From positions 95,979-159,978 of the forward strand of contig CAKOYQ010000001.1 of the NCBI GenBank assembly GCA_934130935.1: a DNA stretch of 64,000 bases, written 5' to 3'. The stretch comes from an uncultured Clostridia bacterium. GTDB taxonomy: Bacteria; Bacillota; Clostridia; TANB77; CAG-508. Position numbers and translations under genes: made by a program. Below the pieces are notes generated by a model. It was not told where the DNA came from. It did no database searches and worked only from the letters and a program-made list of their open reading frames with translations. Below, in pieces: positions 40,821 through 50,114 of the stretch; positions within the stretch are counted from its first letter, which is position 1; the number at the start of each line of letters is the position of its first letter.

Positions 40821-41468
40821 TTAATCTTTTAGTAAATCTTTCCCATTTTTTAAATAATCCATTCCAGAAAATATAGTGGCAATAATTGATACAATCAACA
40901 TTATTGTTGAAATTATATTTATTGCAAATTGGACTGTTGTCATATATATTCCAGCTGAATTAACTACAACATCACTTGAAACTCTAAAAATAAATTGTCC
41001 AAATTCAAATTTATCTAAAAAACAGAAAATTATAGCAATCATTTGAGTAACTGTTTTTAATTTTCCCCATTTAGATGCAGCAATTACTTTGCCACCCTTT
41101 TCAACAGCTATTAATCTATAACCTGAAACAATAAACTCTCTTGCCAATACTATAATTGGTATCCAAGAAGGTATCTTGCCATATTCGACTAATATTACAA
41201 GTGCAGATAAAACTAATATTTTATCTGCAAGTGGATCTAAAAATTTTCCAAATGTAGTTACTTGATTTCTACTTCTAGCAATATATCCATCCAGTTTATC
41301 TGTTATTGAAGCTACAATAAATATTAAATTCATTATCCAAAAAGCTTTTGGTACTTCTAAAAATGAACCTGAAAGACCACTTATTCCATCTATAATAGGT
41401 ATAATCATCATTATTGGCACTAAAATTATTCTAAATATTGTTAATTTATTAGCTAAATTTAATTTCAT
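40821..41468 (-). CDS. pgsA: CDP-diacylglycerol--glycerol-3-phosphate 3-phosphatidyltransferase
   Basis: The CDP-alcohol phosphatidyltransferase motif is DKLDGYIARSRNQVTTFGKFLDPLADK. At 215 aa it is about 35 aa longer than a typical PgsA, with extra C-terminal TM helices. Confidence 0.8.
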   Translation of the reverse strand: MKLNLANKLTIFRIILVPIMMIIPIIDGISGLSGSFLEVPKAFWIMNLIFIVASITDKLDGYIARSRNQVTTFGKFLDPLADKILVLSALVILVEYGKIPSWIPIIVLAREFIVSGYRLIAVEKGGKVIAASKWGKLKTVTQMIAIIFCFLDKFEFGQFIFRVSSDVVVNSAGIYMTTVQFAINIISTIMLIVSIIATIFSGMDYLKNGKDLLKD

Positions 41469-41558
41469 ATCTGAACTCCTTGTATAAGTTTATTAATTAT
41501 TTTATTAAATCCAAAATGATTCCATGTATTTTTTTATATTTTATTTATATATAGAAAT

Positions 41559-42791
41559 CTACTTTAATATCTCAACTGCTTTTTGTAATTGAGTATCTTC
41601 ATTTCTTGTAACTAAAAATGGATTTGTTACAGTTTCTGGCAACTCAACTTTTTCATTAGGCTCTATTCCTACCCCATTAATCTTAGTTCTATTTGGAGTA
41701 TAATATTCTTCAACTGTAACTTTTAATCCTGCACCACTTCTAAGAGTCAGAAACTGTTGAATTACACCTTTTCCATATGTTGTTGTTCCAACTATTGTAG
41801 CTTCTTCTAAATCTTTAAGTGCACCTGCCAAAATTTCTGATGAACTTGCTGAATTTTTATTTACTAATACAACTATTGGCATATCTATCAAAACATCTTC
41901 TTTAGATTTCTCGATTTTTTCATTTTTATCTTTGTCTACTGTCACTAATAATTCTTTTCCTTTTGGAACAATATAGTCTGCTATTTTTAAAGCTTCATCT
42001 ACTAATCCACCACCATTATTTCTTAAATCTATTATTAATGATGTTATTCCTTGTGCCTTTAATTCCTCATATTTAGATTTAAAATTTGTAGCAGTATTTT
42101 CATCAAAACTTGTTACTTCTAAATATCCTATATTATTCTCTAATTTTTCAGCCATTACTGGATTTGTTGTTATTTTCTTTCTTGTTATTTCAAATGTTTT
42201 TATTTCCTGTCCTCTTTGTATTTCTAGTGTAACACTTGTTCCTTCCTCTCCTTTTATATTATTTGCTGCTGCTGTCATACTTTCTCCATTATATTCTATT
42301 CCATTAATTTTTTTGATTATGTCTCCTGGAAGTATTCCAGCTTCTTCAGCTGGACTATATTTTATTGGTGTTAATACTACTATCGTGTTATCTTTAGTAT
42401 TTTGTACCATGTATATTCCCACTCCAACATAATTTCCCATTAAATTTGCAGTATAATCTCCCATTTCATCTTTTGGAATATATTCAGTATATGGGTCTCC
42501 TAATGAAGCAACATATCCTTCTATTGCACCTTCTGCTGCTTTTTCCTCATCAATATCATTTAAATAATATTTATCTAATATACTTTTTATATATTTTATA
42601 TTTTTTGATAATTGTTCATCTTTTGATGATCCTCCAAATACTGACGAAATTGTTTTATTTTCTTCACTTGTATTATTATATTTATTTGTTATATATACTG
42701 TTGTAAATATAAAAGTCAAAAAAGCAGTTAGTATTACTAACATAACTACTTTATAAAATTTCTGTCTTTTTAAATAATTTTCATCCTCCAT
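41559..42791 (-). CDS. ctpA: carboxyl-terminal processing protease (S41, CtpA-like)
   Basis: 410 aa with a signal anchor, a PDZ domain and the S41 catalytic region (GGLVDEALKIAD...NKNSASSSEILAGAL). Confidence 0.85.
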   Translation of the reverse strand: MEDENYLKRQKFYKVVMLVILTAFLTFIFTTVYITNKYNNTSEENKTISSVFGGSSKDEQLSKNIKYIKSILDKYYLNDIDEEKAAEGAIEGYVASLGDPYTEYIPKDEMGDYTANLMGNYVGVGIYMVQNTKDNTIVVLTPIKYSPAEEAGILPGDIIKKINGIEYNGESMTAAANNIKGEEGTSVTLEIQRGQEIKTFEITRKKITTNPVMAEKLENNIGYLEVTSFDENTATNFKSKYEELKAQGITSLIIDLRNNGGGLVDEALKIADYIVPKGKELLVTVDKDKNEKIEKSKEDVLIDMPIVVLVNKNSASSSEILAGALKDLEEATIVGTTTYGKGVIQQFLTLRSGAGLKVTVEEYYTPNRTKINGVGIEPNEKVELPETVTNPFLVTRNEDTQLQKAVEILK

Positions 42792-42830
42792 TTTTTGTAA
42801 AACTCCTTTTATAAAATTTATAGTAATTTA

Positions 42831-44021
42831 CTATGGTAAATATGGTAATGGATTTACAGGTTTTCCATTTATTCTTACTTCAAAATGCAAGTGTGTTCCT
42901 GATGAATTTCCCGTTGAACCTACTGTTCCTATTGTTTGCCCTTGTGAAACTTTATCTCCAACCTTAACTTTTCTTGAATTTGCTAGCATATGACCATATA
43001 AAGTCATTGTACCATCTCCATGACTTATAACCACATATTCACCATAACTAAAGTAATCTCCTTCACTATTTATTTTGGCAGTTGATATAACAACAGTTCC
43101 AGCTTTAACTGCAACAACATCTTTTCCAGTAACACCTATATTTACGTCAACACCAGTGTGTCCTGCATATGATGGATAATTTTTGTTATTTATATTAGCC
43201 TTGCTCAATCCTCTTACTGGGAATATATATCCACTTGCACTTGGTTTTGTTGTTATATTATTTGATGTATTGTTCTTGTTCCTCTTTGCCTCTTCCTCTG
43301 CTATCTTTTTTAATTGTGCCTGTATTTGTCTCTTATCTTCTTCAAATGCTTCTATCTCTTTTTCTTTTTTCTTTTCTTCATCTGCTAAGTTTGCAACTTG
43401 TGTTTCTTTATCCTTTTTTAAAGATTTTAATTCATTTGATTTCTTTTCTTTTTCTGATAGCGAACTATCTAATTCTTTTTTATTATTTTCAATTTCAATT
43501 TTTTCATTTTCTATTTGTTCTTTTTGTTCTTTAGTTTCTTTCATTAGTTTTTTATCATATGACACTAATTCAGATGCAGCATAATACTTAGCTAAAAAAT
43601 CTGTCATACTTGAAGCATTTAAAAATGTTTCAAGATAACCTGTTTTAGGTGTAGAATACATTTTTAACATTCTTTCATCCAATAATTCCATCTGTTTATT
43701 ATATTCATCTTCTTTTGATTTTATATCTTTTTCTTTTTGAGTTATTTGTGCCTGTAAATCATCAACTCTTGTCTGTAAATCATCAACTTCATCTTCAGCT
43801 GTAATTATTTTATTTCTTAAGCTTTCCACTGTTTTCATTGTTTCAGATTTTTGCGTTTCTAATTCCTTTTTTTCCTCTTTTGCCTCTTCTATCTGATCAT
43901 TTATCTGTGACTGTTTGTTTTTTAAATCTTTTTGAGTTGTCACTGCATATACAGTCATCGTTTGAGATATAAGCACACATGATATCATAATCCCTAAAAT
44001 TTTAGCAAATGTTTTTCTCAT
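42831..44021 (-). CDS. M23 family peptidoglycan DD-metalloendopeptidase with N-terminal coiled coil (EnvC-like)
   Basis: 396 aa with a signal peptide and about 250 aa of heptad-rich coiled coil. The C-terminal LytM domain carries HTGVD...HLHFE. Confidence 0.8.
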   Translation of the reverse strand: MRKTFAKILGIMISCVLISQTMTVYAVTTQKDLKNKQSQINDQIEEAKEEKKELETQKSETMKTVESLRNKIITAEDEVDDLQTRVDDLQAQITQKEKDIKSKEDEYNKQMELLDERMLKMYSTPKTGYLETFLNASSMTDFLAKYYAASELVSYDKKLMKETKEQKEQIENEKIEIENNKKELDSSLSEKEKKSNELKSLKKDKETQVANLADEEKKKEKEIEAFEEDKRQIQAQLKKIAEEEAKRNKNNTSNNITTKPSASGYIFPVRGLSKANINNKNYPSYAGHTGVDVNIGVTGKDVVAVKAGTVVISTAKINSEGDYFSYGEYVVISHGDGTMTLYGHMLANSRKVKVGDKVSQGQTIGTVGSTGNSSGTHLHFEVRINGKPVNPLPYLP

Positions 44022-44053
44022 ATATTTTCTTCCTCTCTTATATATTTTATTCT

Positions 44054-45256
44054 TTAATTATTAATATTTGTATCTGTTTCTCCAGTATTACTTTTATTTT
44101 CTTCTAATTTTTTATTAAAATCATCTGATAACAAATATTCTAAAGGATTTACAGTTTGGCCATTTATTCTTATCTCAAAATGTGCATGTGGTCCTGTCGA
44201 ATATCCAGTAGAACCTACTTTTAAAACTGGTGTCCCTGCTTCAACTTCTTGTCCAACTTGTACTAATATCTCACTTCCGTGTGCATATAATGTTTGGACA
44301 CCTCCTCCATGGTCAATTATTACCATGTTTCCATATGCAGGGTTCATTGTAGCTTTTATTACTACCCCTTTAGCAGCTGACACAAAGTCTGCTCCCATTG
44401 GAGCTCCTATGTCTGTACCTGTATGCAATTTATATGCACCTGTTATAGGATGTACTCTCATACCATATTCTGATGTTACTGTCGTATATCCAGGTATAGG
44501 CCACTTCATTGCACCACCAATATAATCTTCACTTATACTATTTATTAATAGCATTTTTATTTCTGCATCAACCTCTGCAACTTGACTATTATATTCATCT
44601 ATCTTAGCTTGTAGCTTTTGCTCTTCTGATGATAATTTACTTATATAATATTCTCTCATAGTCTTTGTATTTGCTAGCACCTGAGTCTTTGTTTGTTGTG
44701 CCTGTTTACTTGCTATTACTTGTTTTTTCTTTTCTTCTAATATTTTTTTTGTTGTTTCTATTTCATCTCTTTGTCTTTTTACAGTTTCTAATAAATTCCT
44801 GTCAGCCTTTGTCATTTCTTGTATTGCATAATATGTTGCCAAAAAATCTGTCACACTCTTGGCTTCCAACAATATCTGTAATGATTGAAACTTAGGAGTT
44901 GCATATAATTTCAACATCCTAGCATCTACCAATTCCTGAATTTTATTATATTGCTTTTGTGTTTCTTTTAAATTTTCCTCATTTTCTGAAATCTGTGATA
45001 TTAACTCATTAATTTGTACATTAATAGTATTTATTTCTTCTTGTGATTGAGCCATTTGATTATCCAACTCTTGCAACTGTTGCATATTAGTAGATAATTG
45101 CTCTTGAACCGCTTGTAATCTATTATTTGTATCATTTAATGATTCATTAATTGTGTTTGATTTTTCTTGTAAATTTGTAATATCCTCTGCTGATACGCAA
45201 ATACATAGGCTACAAGATATTAGTAATATTAAAATTATTATTATTAGCCTACGCAT
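44054..45256 (-). CDS. M23 family peptidoglycan DD-metalloendopeptidase with N-terminal coiled coil (second paralog)
   Basis: It has the same architecture as the upstream paralog, with an LytM domain carrying HTGTD...HAHFE. I chose the ATG at 45256 as the start because the 45271 start of the ORF track is a GTG lacking an RBS. Confidence 0.8.
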   Translation of the reverse strand: MRRLIIIILILLISCSLCICVSAEDITNLQEKSNTINESLNDTNNRLQAVQEQLSTNMQQLQELDNQMAQSQEEINTINVQINELISQISENEENLKETQKQYNKIQELVDARMLKLYATPKFQSLQILLEAKSVTDFLATYYAIQEMTKADRNLLETVKRQRDEIETTKKILEEKKKQVIASKQAQQTKTQVLANTKTMREYYISKLSSEEQKLQAKIDEYNSQVAEVDAEIKMLLINSISEDYIGGAMKWPIPGYTTVTSEYGMRVHPITGAYKLHTGTDIGAPMGADFVSAAKGVVIKATMNPAYGNMVIIDHGGGVQTLYAHGSEILVQVGQEVEAGTPVLKVGSTGYSTGPHAHFEIRINGQTVNPLEYLLSDDFNKKLEENKSNTGETDTNINN

Positions 45257-45288
45257 TTTACATTCTTTCACCCTTTCTTATAAACAAT

Positions 45289-46206
45289 TTACACTTCTAG
45301 ATATTTTCTCATTGAAATTCTACTTCCAATTACACCAATTCCAATTCCTAATACTAAGTATACTGTTAGTATCAAATTAAACATATCTTTAAAATCTAGT
45401 AATTTCCAATGGACTGTTTCTAAAAATTCTGTACCTGATAACTGATTTGCAATTCCTGTATATGCTAATCCAACAATTCCTACTGATAGCAAACCCGCAA
45501 TCACTCCAATTATAACACCTTCAACTAAAAATGGCCATCTAATAAAACTATTTGTTGCTCCTACATATTTCATAATAGAAATCTCTTTTCTTCTTGCATG
45601 TACCGTTAATTTTATTGTATTTGCTATTATTGATACTGATATAATAACCAATAATACTAAGATTCCTGCTGTAACATATTTTACACCTTTAGCTAATCTT
45701 ACAATCTGTGCAATAACTTGATTGCTTGAAACAATGTTATCAACTTGTGGTATTTCATTTATTGCTGCTTGTACGTCATCATTTAAATTTAAATCTGTTA
45801 GTGTTACATTATATGCTACAGGGAAAATATTTCTTTCCTTATATTCTGCAACAGCTTCACTTCCAAGTAAGTCTTCCATATATTTTATAGCCTCTTCTTT
45901 AGATACATATTCTGCATTTCTTACTCCTTCTATTGAAAGTATCTCATTTCCAACTTCTTCAATTTCTTTATCTGTTGCATCAGTTTTTAAATTAACTCTA
46001 ATTTCTTGGGCTTCAGCCACATTTTCTACAAATGCATTAATATTTTCTCCTATTACAAAAAACAACCCAAATATCAACATCGTTGCACACATTATCATTA
46101 ATGACGATATAGTTGATTTTTTGTTTTTAAACAGATTGCTTATTCCTTCTTTAATTAAATAACTTATTACATTAAACCTCACAATCATACCCACCTTTTT
46201 TATCAT
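45289..46206 (-). CDS. ftsX: cell division permease FtsX
   Basis: 305 aa with TM1, a large extracellular loop and three C-terminal TM helices. It overlaps ftsE. Confidence 0.85.
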   Translation of the reverse strand: MIKKVGMIVRFNVISYLIKEGISNLFKNKKSTISSLMIMCATMLIFGLFFVIGENINAFVENVAEAQEIRVNLKTDATDKEIEEVGNEILSIEGVRNAEYVSKEEAIKYMEDLLGSEAVAEYKERNIFPVAYNVTLTDLNLNDDVQAAINEIPQVDNIVSSNQVIAQIVRLAKGVKYVTAGILVLLVIISVSIIANTIKLTVHARRKEISIMKYVGATNSFIRWPFLVEGVIIGVIAGLLSVGIVGLAYTGIANQLSGTEFLETVHWKLLDFKDMFNLILTVYLVLGIGIGVIGSRISMRKYLEV

Positions 46207-46858
46207 CTTTTATTATTACGCCTTTTTCTATATGTATTACCCTTTTTCTCATTTGGTCTACAATATCTTTTGCATGTGTTGCTACAACTATTGTTGTTCC
46301 TCTCATATTTATTTCATTTAGCAAATTCATTATATCCCATGCTGTATCTGGATCCAAATTTCCTGTTGGCTCATCTGCTATTAGCATTGATGGATTATTT
46401 ACTAATGCTCTTGCTAAAGCAACTCTTTGCTGTTCTCCACCAGACAATTCATTTGGGTACATTTTTGCTTTACCACTTAGTCCAACTAATGATAAAACCA
46501 TTGGTACTTGCCTACGAATATGTCTTGGAGTAGCTTTTACTATATACATTGCAAATGCTACATTGTCATACACAGTTTTATCTGGTAATAGTCTAAAATC
46601 TTGAAATACAACTCCCATACTTCTACGTAAATATGGAATCCTATTTTGCTTTAAAAATGTGGTATCTTTTCCATTTATAATTATATTTCCTGATGTTGGT
46701 TCCTCTTCTTTTAATATTAGTTTTATTAACGTTGATTTTCCGCTTCCTGAAGAACCTACTAAAAATGCAAATTCTCCTTTTTCAATTTTAAAACTTGCCC
46801 TCTTCACTGCTTCTGTACCTGTACTATACTTTTTGCTTACGTTTTTAAATTCTATCAT
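46172..46858 (-). CDS. ftsE: cell division ATP-binding protein FtsE
   Basis: 228 aa ABC ATPase with Walker A (GSSGSGKST), the ABC signature (LSGGEQQRV) and Walker B (LIADE). Confidence 0.9.
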   Translation of the reverse strand: MIEFKNVSKKYSTGTEAVKRASFKIEKGEFAFLVGSSGSGKSTLIKLILKEEEPTSGNIIINGKDTTFLKQNRIPYLRRSMGVVFQDFRLLPDKTVYDNVAFAMYIVKATPRHIRRQVPMVLSLVGLSGKAKMYPNELSGGEQQRVALARALVNNPSMLIADEPTGNLDPDTAWDIMNLLNEINMRGTTIVVATHAKDIVDQMRKRVIHIEKGVIIKDDKKGGYDCEV

Positions 46859-47077
46859 TTTACTTTTTCCTTTTCTTTTTTATAATTTATACATAAAGTT
46901 GCATAATATTTCATTCTTTTTTATCTTATCAATAATATTTTTTTTTTGCAATACTTATGGTTCTAAAAAAAAACAGAAAATTTTGTTTTTTTCTACATTT
47001 CTATCATTTTTCTTTCTATTTCTCCATTTTTTGTTTTTTGTAAATTTTCTGTAAATTTTATTATATTATTAATTTTA

Positions 47078-47259
47078 CTCTTAGAATACTATAAACTTTG
47101 AATGAAATTCCGAATGTGCATGTAGAACCTTTAGAAATTTTTATGTAATTTTATGGAAAGAGTTCACGAGAGTGGAAGGGTGCCATAAAATAAATTAAAA
47201 TTTCTTAAGGTTCGAAATAAACCGAGGAATGAAATGAAAAGTTTATAGTATTCTAAGAG
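47078..47259. mobile_element. core repeat element copy C with 22-bp terminal inverted repeats (MITE-like), between Alg13-like gene stop and ftsE promoter
   Basis: The left end ctcttagaatactataaacttt and the right end aaagtttatagtattctaagag are perfect inverted repeats. The core is homologous to the copies at 650, 27207 and 60464. Confidence 0.6.
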
Positions 47260-47265
47260 TATATA

Positions 47266-47745
47266 TTAATTATTATCTATAAAATCCTGTACAATGCTTA
47301 TAATTTTTCCTGTATTTTGAATATATTTCTTAGGTTCAAATTTTTCAATTCTCTTTAACGCATCTCCTAATTGAGAAACATCTGTAACTCCTATAATATA
47401 TCCCATTTCGTCAAAAGATTTTACAATATCAAGTTGATGGTTATTTACATGTTCATTATACTCTTTTAATCTAGGAACAGCAATCACCTTTTTGCCTTGT
47501 TCTATTGAAGTTATAATTGAACCAACCCCACCATGTGTTATAATCAAGTCTGCTTTATTTATTAATTTTTTCATTTCTTCCATTGGAATTTGATTATATA
47601 TTGTCATATCTTTACTTGAAAACTTTGTATAACCTTCTTGAACAATTACACTATCTTTTATGTTTCCATTCTCTATGTTTCTCTGTATTTCTTCTAGTAA
47701 TCTATGGAAACTATTATTTTGTGTTCCTAACAATACTAATACCAT
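47266..47745 (-). CDS. Alg13-like glycosyltransferase subunit (GT28 C-terminal domain; PssE/Cps14G-like)
   Basis: 159 aa. ADLIITHGGVGSIITSIEQGKKVIAVPR matches the UDP-sugar binding half of split MurG/Alg13-type transferases. Confidence 0.65.
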   Translation of the reverse strand: MVLVLLGTQNNSFHRLLEEIQRNIENGNIKDSVIVQEGYTKFSSKDMTIYNQIPMEEMKKLINKADLIITHGGVGSIITSIEQGKKVIAVPRLKEYNEHVNNHQLDIVKSFDEMGYIIGVTDVSQLGDALKRIEKFEPKKYIQNTGKIISIVQDFIDNN

Positions 47746-48245
47746 TAATAAATAGCACCTCCATATACAGCTTTAGGATATAATTCAAGCATCTCTTCCC
47801 ATTGCACAATAAACAAATCTGCTATTGGATATATTAACTTTCCTGTTGCAGTCTTACTATGTCTATTTGCAAAAGTTTCTATATATATTATTTTATTTCC
47901 CAAGAGCTTGCCTAAATAGCACATTGGACCTGCTGTATGGGTTCCTGTTGTAACTATATATTTAGGTCTTATTTTAAAATATAAGTAAACTGTTTTTAAG
48001 CATAAATAAAAATAAATAAAAACATATCTAAATATCTTTTTTCTTGTTCCATATGGTAAATATGATATCTTATCTCCATACTTTTCTTTTAATCCTTTAG
48101 TTGTCTCATCCTTTTCTGTTATAATGTGATAATCATATTTTTTAAATAATGGACTTAGTTGTAATAGTTCATTAAGATGCCCACCCGTACTTGATATAAA
48201 TAACACTTTTTTCTTCTTCATTTTATGTAATATGGTTAGTACCAT
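47745..48245 (-). CDS. Alg14-like glycosyltransferase membrane-anchoring subunit (PssD/Cps14F-like)
   Basis: 166 aa (VLFISSTGGHLNELLQLSP...YIVTTGTHTAGPMCYL). Its stop overlaps the Alg13-like start in an ATGA arrangement. Confidence 0.65.
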   Translation of the reverse strand: MVLTILHKMKKKKVLFISSTGGHLNELLQLSPLFKKYDYHIITEKDETTKGLKEKYGDKISYLPYGTRKKIFRYVFIYFYLCLKTVYLYFKIRPKYIVTTGTHTAGPMCYLGKLLGNKIIYIETFANRHSKTATGKLIYPIADLFIVQWEEMLELYPKAVYGGAIY

Positions 48246-48387
48246 ATCTCCTTTCTCTTTATTTTGTGTATCATTTTATTATAAAAAAATAGAAACACAA
48301 TTTAAATTATGTTTCTATTATACTTCTGTTTTTTATTTATTGTCAAGAAAATATATAATTTTAGAATCACTACTAAAGTACCAATTT

Positions 48388-49272
48388 TTATGCTCTTGGA
48401 TGTGCTTTTTTATAAATATTTTTTAATGATTCATCTTGAAACTGCATATATACTTGCGTTGATAAAATATCAGAATGTCCTAACATAGTTTGAATAGATT
48501 TTAAGTCTGCACCATTTTGTAATAAATGTGTTGCAAATGAATGACGTAAAACATGTGGTGTTATGTCTTTATCTATATGTGCTTGGTCTTTGTAATATTT
48601 TATAATTTTCCAAAATCCTTGTCTTGTTAAACGTTTTCCATTTACATTTACAAATAATGCATTTTGCTTCTCATCTTTAATCATTATTTTTCTTGCATTA
48701 AGTATATAATCTTTCAAAGCTTTTAAAGACATGTTTCCTATTGGCACTGTTCTCTCTTTTTTGCCATTTCTACATGTTGCATACCCTGTTTCTAAATTAA
48801 TATCTTCAACATTTAAAGATATAATTTCTGTTACTCTCATTCCTGTGGCATAAGCAAATTCAAGCATAGCTTTATCTCTTATTCCTTTTAAATTAACATT
48901 TTTAGGTTGTTCTAATAATAATGCAACTTCATTTGATGTTAATACATTTGGTACTCTTTTTTCTATTTTTGGAGATTGAATCCCTTCTGTTGGGTCTTTT
49001 TCCACAACTTTGTTTTTTACTTCATATTGATAAAATGACCTTATTGACGCTAATCCTCTTGATATTGTTGATGGCTTTTTTCCTATTTCTTGCATATGTG
49101 CTAGATATGTTTTTATTCCTTCTTCTGTTAACTCGCTATAATCTTCTCTTCCTTCTTCTAACATGTATTTTTCAAATTGTTTTAAATCTCTCTTATATGA
49201 TTGAAGTGTGTTTATTGACACTTTTTTCTCATTCTCCAAAAAATCAAAAAATAAGTTTAATTGCTCTTCCAT
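48388..49272 (-). CDS. xerD: site-specific tyrosine recombinase XerD/XerC-like
   Basis: It has an N-terminal SAM-like domain and a catalytic C-terminus (HVLRHSFATHLLQNGADLKSIQTMLGHSDILSTQVY). It lies next to spoIIM, as in Bacillus/Clostridium. I placed the start at the ATG with a GGGGGAA RBS. Confidence 0.8.
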   Translation of the reverse strand: MEEQLNLFFDFLENEKKVSINTLQSYKRDLKQFEKYMLEEGREDYSELTEEGIKTYLAHMQEIGKKPSTISRGLASIRSFYQYEVKNKVVEKDPTEGIQSPKIEKRVPNVLTSNEVALLLEQPKNVNLKGIRDKAMLEFAYATGMRVTEIISLNVEDINLETGYATCRNGKKERTVPIGNMSLKALKDYILNARKIMIKDEKQNALFVNVNGKRLTRQGFWKIIKYYKDQAHIDKDITPHVLRHSFATHLLQNGADLKSIQTMLGHSDILSTQVYMQFQDESLKNIYKKAHPRA

Positions 49273-49385
49273 TTTTTCCCCCATCTACGATATATTTTAT
49301 TGTCTCTTATCAATTATTTACATAACTGATTGTTACTATGTTATATCAAATTTTTAATAAAAAGTAAAGAGATTTTATATAATTT

Positions 49386-50015
49386 CTAAAAATATTTAAT
49401 TAAATTTACTATCAGTCTATATGAGACTTCAATCTTAATTATAGAACTTATGATTAATGCTAACATAATTATAAATGAAACTATACTATGTTTTAATATT
49501 GATAATTTTATATTCTCTTTTCTTCTATCCTTTACTATTGATTTATACAATTTAATACTACTTACTCCTAATATCATTAATGCTGGTATAAATATGATAT
49601 TTTGTAAAAATATCGTTATCAGTACAAATATTATTCCTTTTAGCTTTCCAAGAACAAATACACATGATGCAATAGTATACCCTAAGCAAAATCCTCTAAT
49701 TATAATTATTCCCAAAACTATTGGAATTCCAATTATAGTTGTCCCCGCAAACCATAGCAATAATACCAAAATCACATTATTCTTTACATCTTTTTGTAGT
49801 TCTGCCATATAGTTTCCATTTTGAAGTATTTTTGTTTCATCTACATATGTATTTATATATTTTTCTATTTCAGTTTTATCTTGTGTTTGATTTATAAATA
49901 ATACCCCTAAAAATATTCCTACTGTAAATATGATTATTACAATAAAATAAGATTTTACATTAGTTAAAATATCATCCTTTATCGCTATAAAAATTTCATT
50001 CTTTTTCTTTCGCAT
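49386..50015 (-). CDS. spoIIM: stage II sporulation protein M
   Basis: 209-aa polytopic membrane protein with the SpoIIM pattern (N-terminal MRKKKNEIFIAIKDD...). Confidence 0.65.
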   Translation of the reverse strand: MRKKKNEIFIAIKDDILTNVKSYFIVIIIFTVGIFLGVLFINQTQDKTEIEKYINTYVDETKILQNGNYMAELQKDVKNNVILVLLLWFAGTTIIGIPIVLGIIIIRGFCLGYTIASCVFVLGKLKGIIFVLITIFLQNIIFIPALMILGVSSIKLYKSIVKDRRKENIKLSILKHSIVSFIIMLALIISSIIKIEVSYRLIVNLIKYF

Positions 50016-50083
50016 AATCTTCTCCTCATAAAATAGATTTATTAATGTCTATTCACTGAGGTACATTTTAAGAACTAAAGTCA

Positions 50084-50106
50084 AAAAAAGAAAGGATTAT
50101 ATCCTA
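50084..50106 (-). terminator. rho-independent terminator downstream of the EndoQ-like gene
   Basis: Minus strand reads aggatataatcct followed by ttcttttttt. Confidence 0.5.
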
Positions 50107-50114
50107 TCTTTAAT

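Noticed and set aside
47745-48245. Alternative start for the Alg14-like gene at the internal ATG 48221 (MKKKKVLFISS).
   Set aside because: The upstream ATG at 48245 has a weak but plausible GAAAGG-4nt spacing, whereas 48221 has no SD. I kept 48245 with uncertainty.
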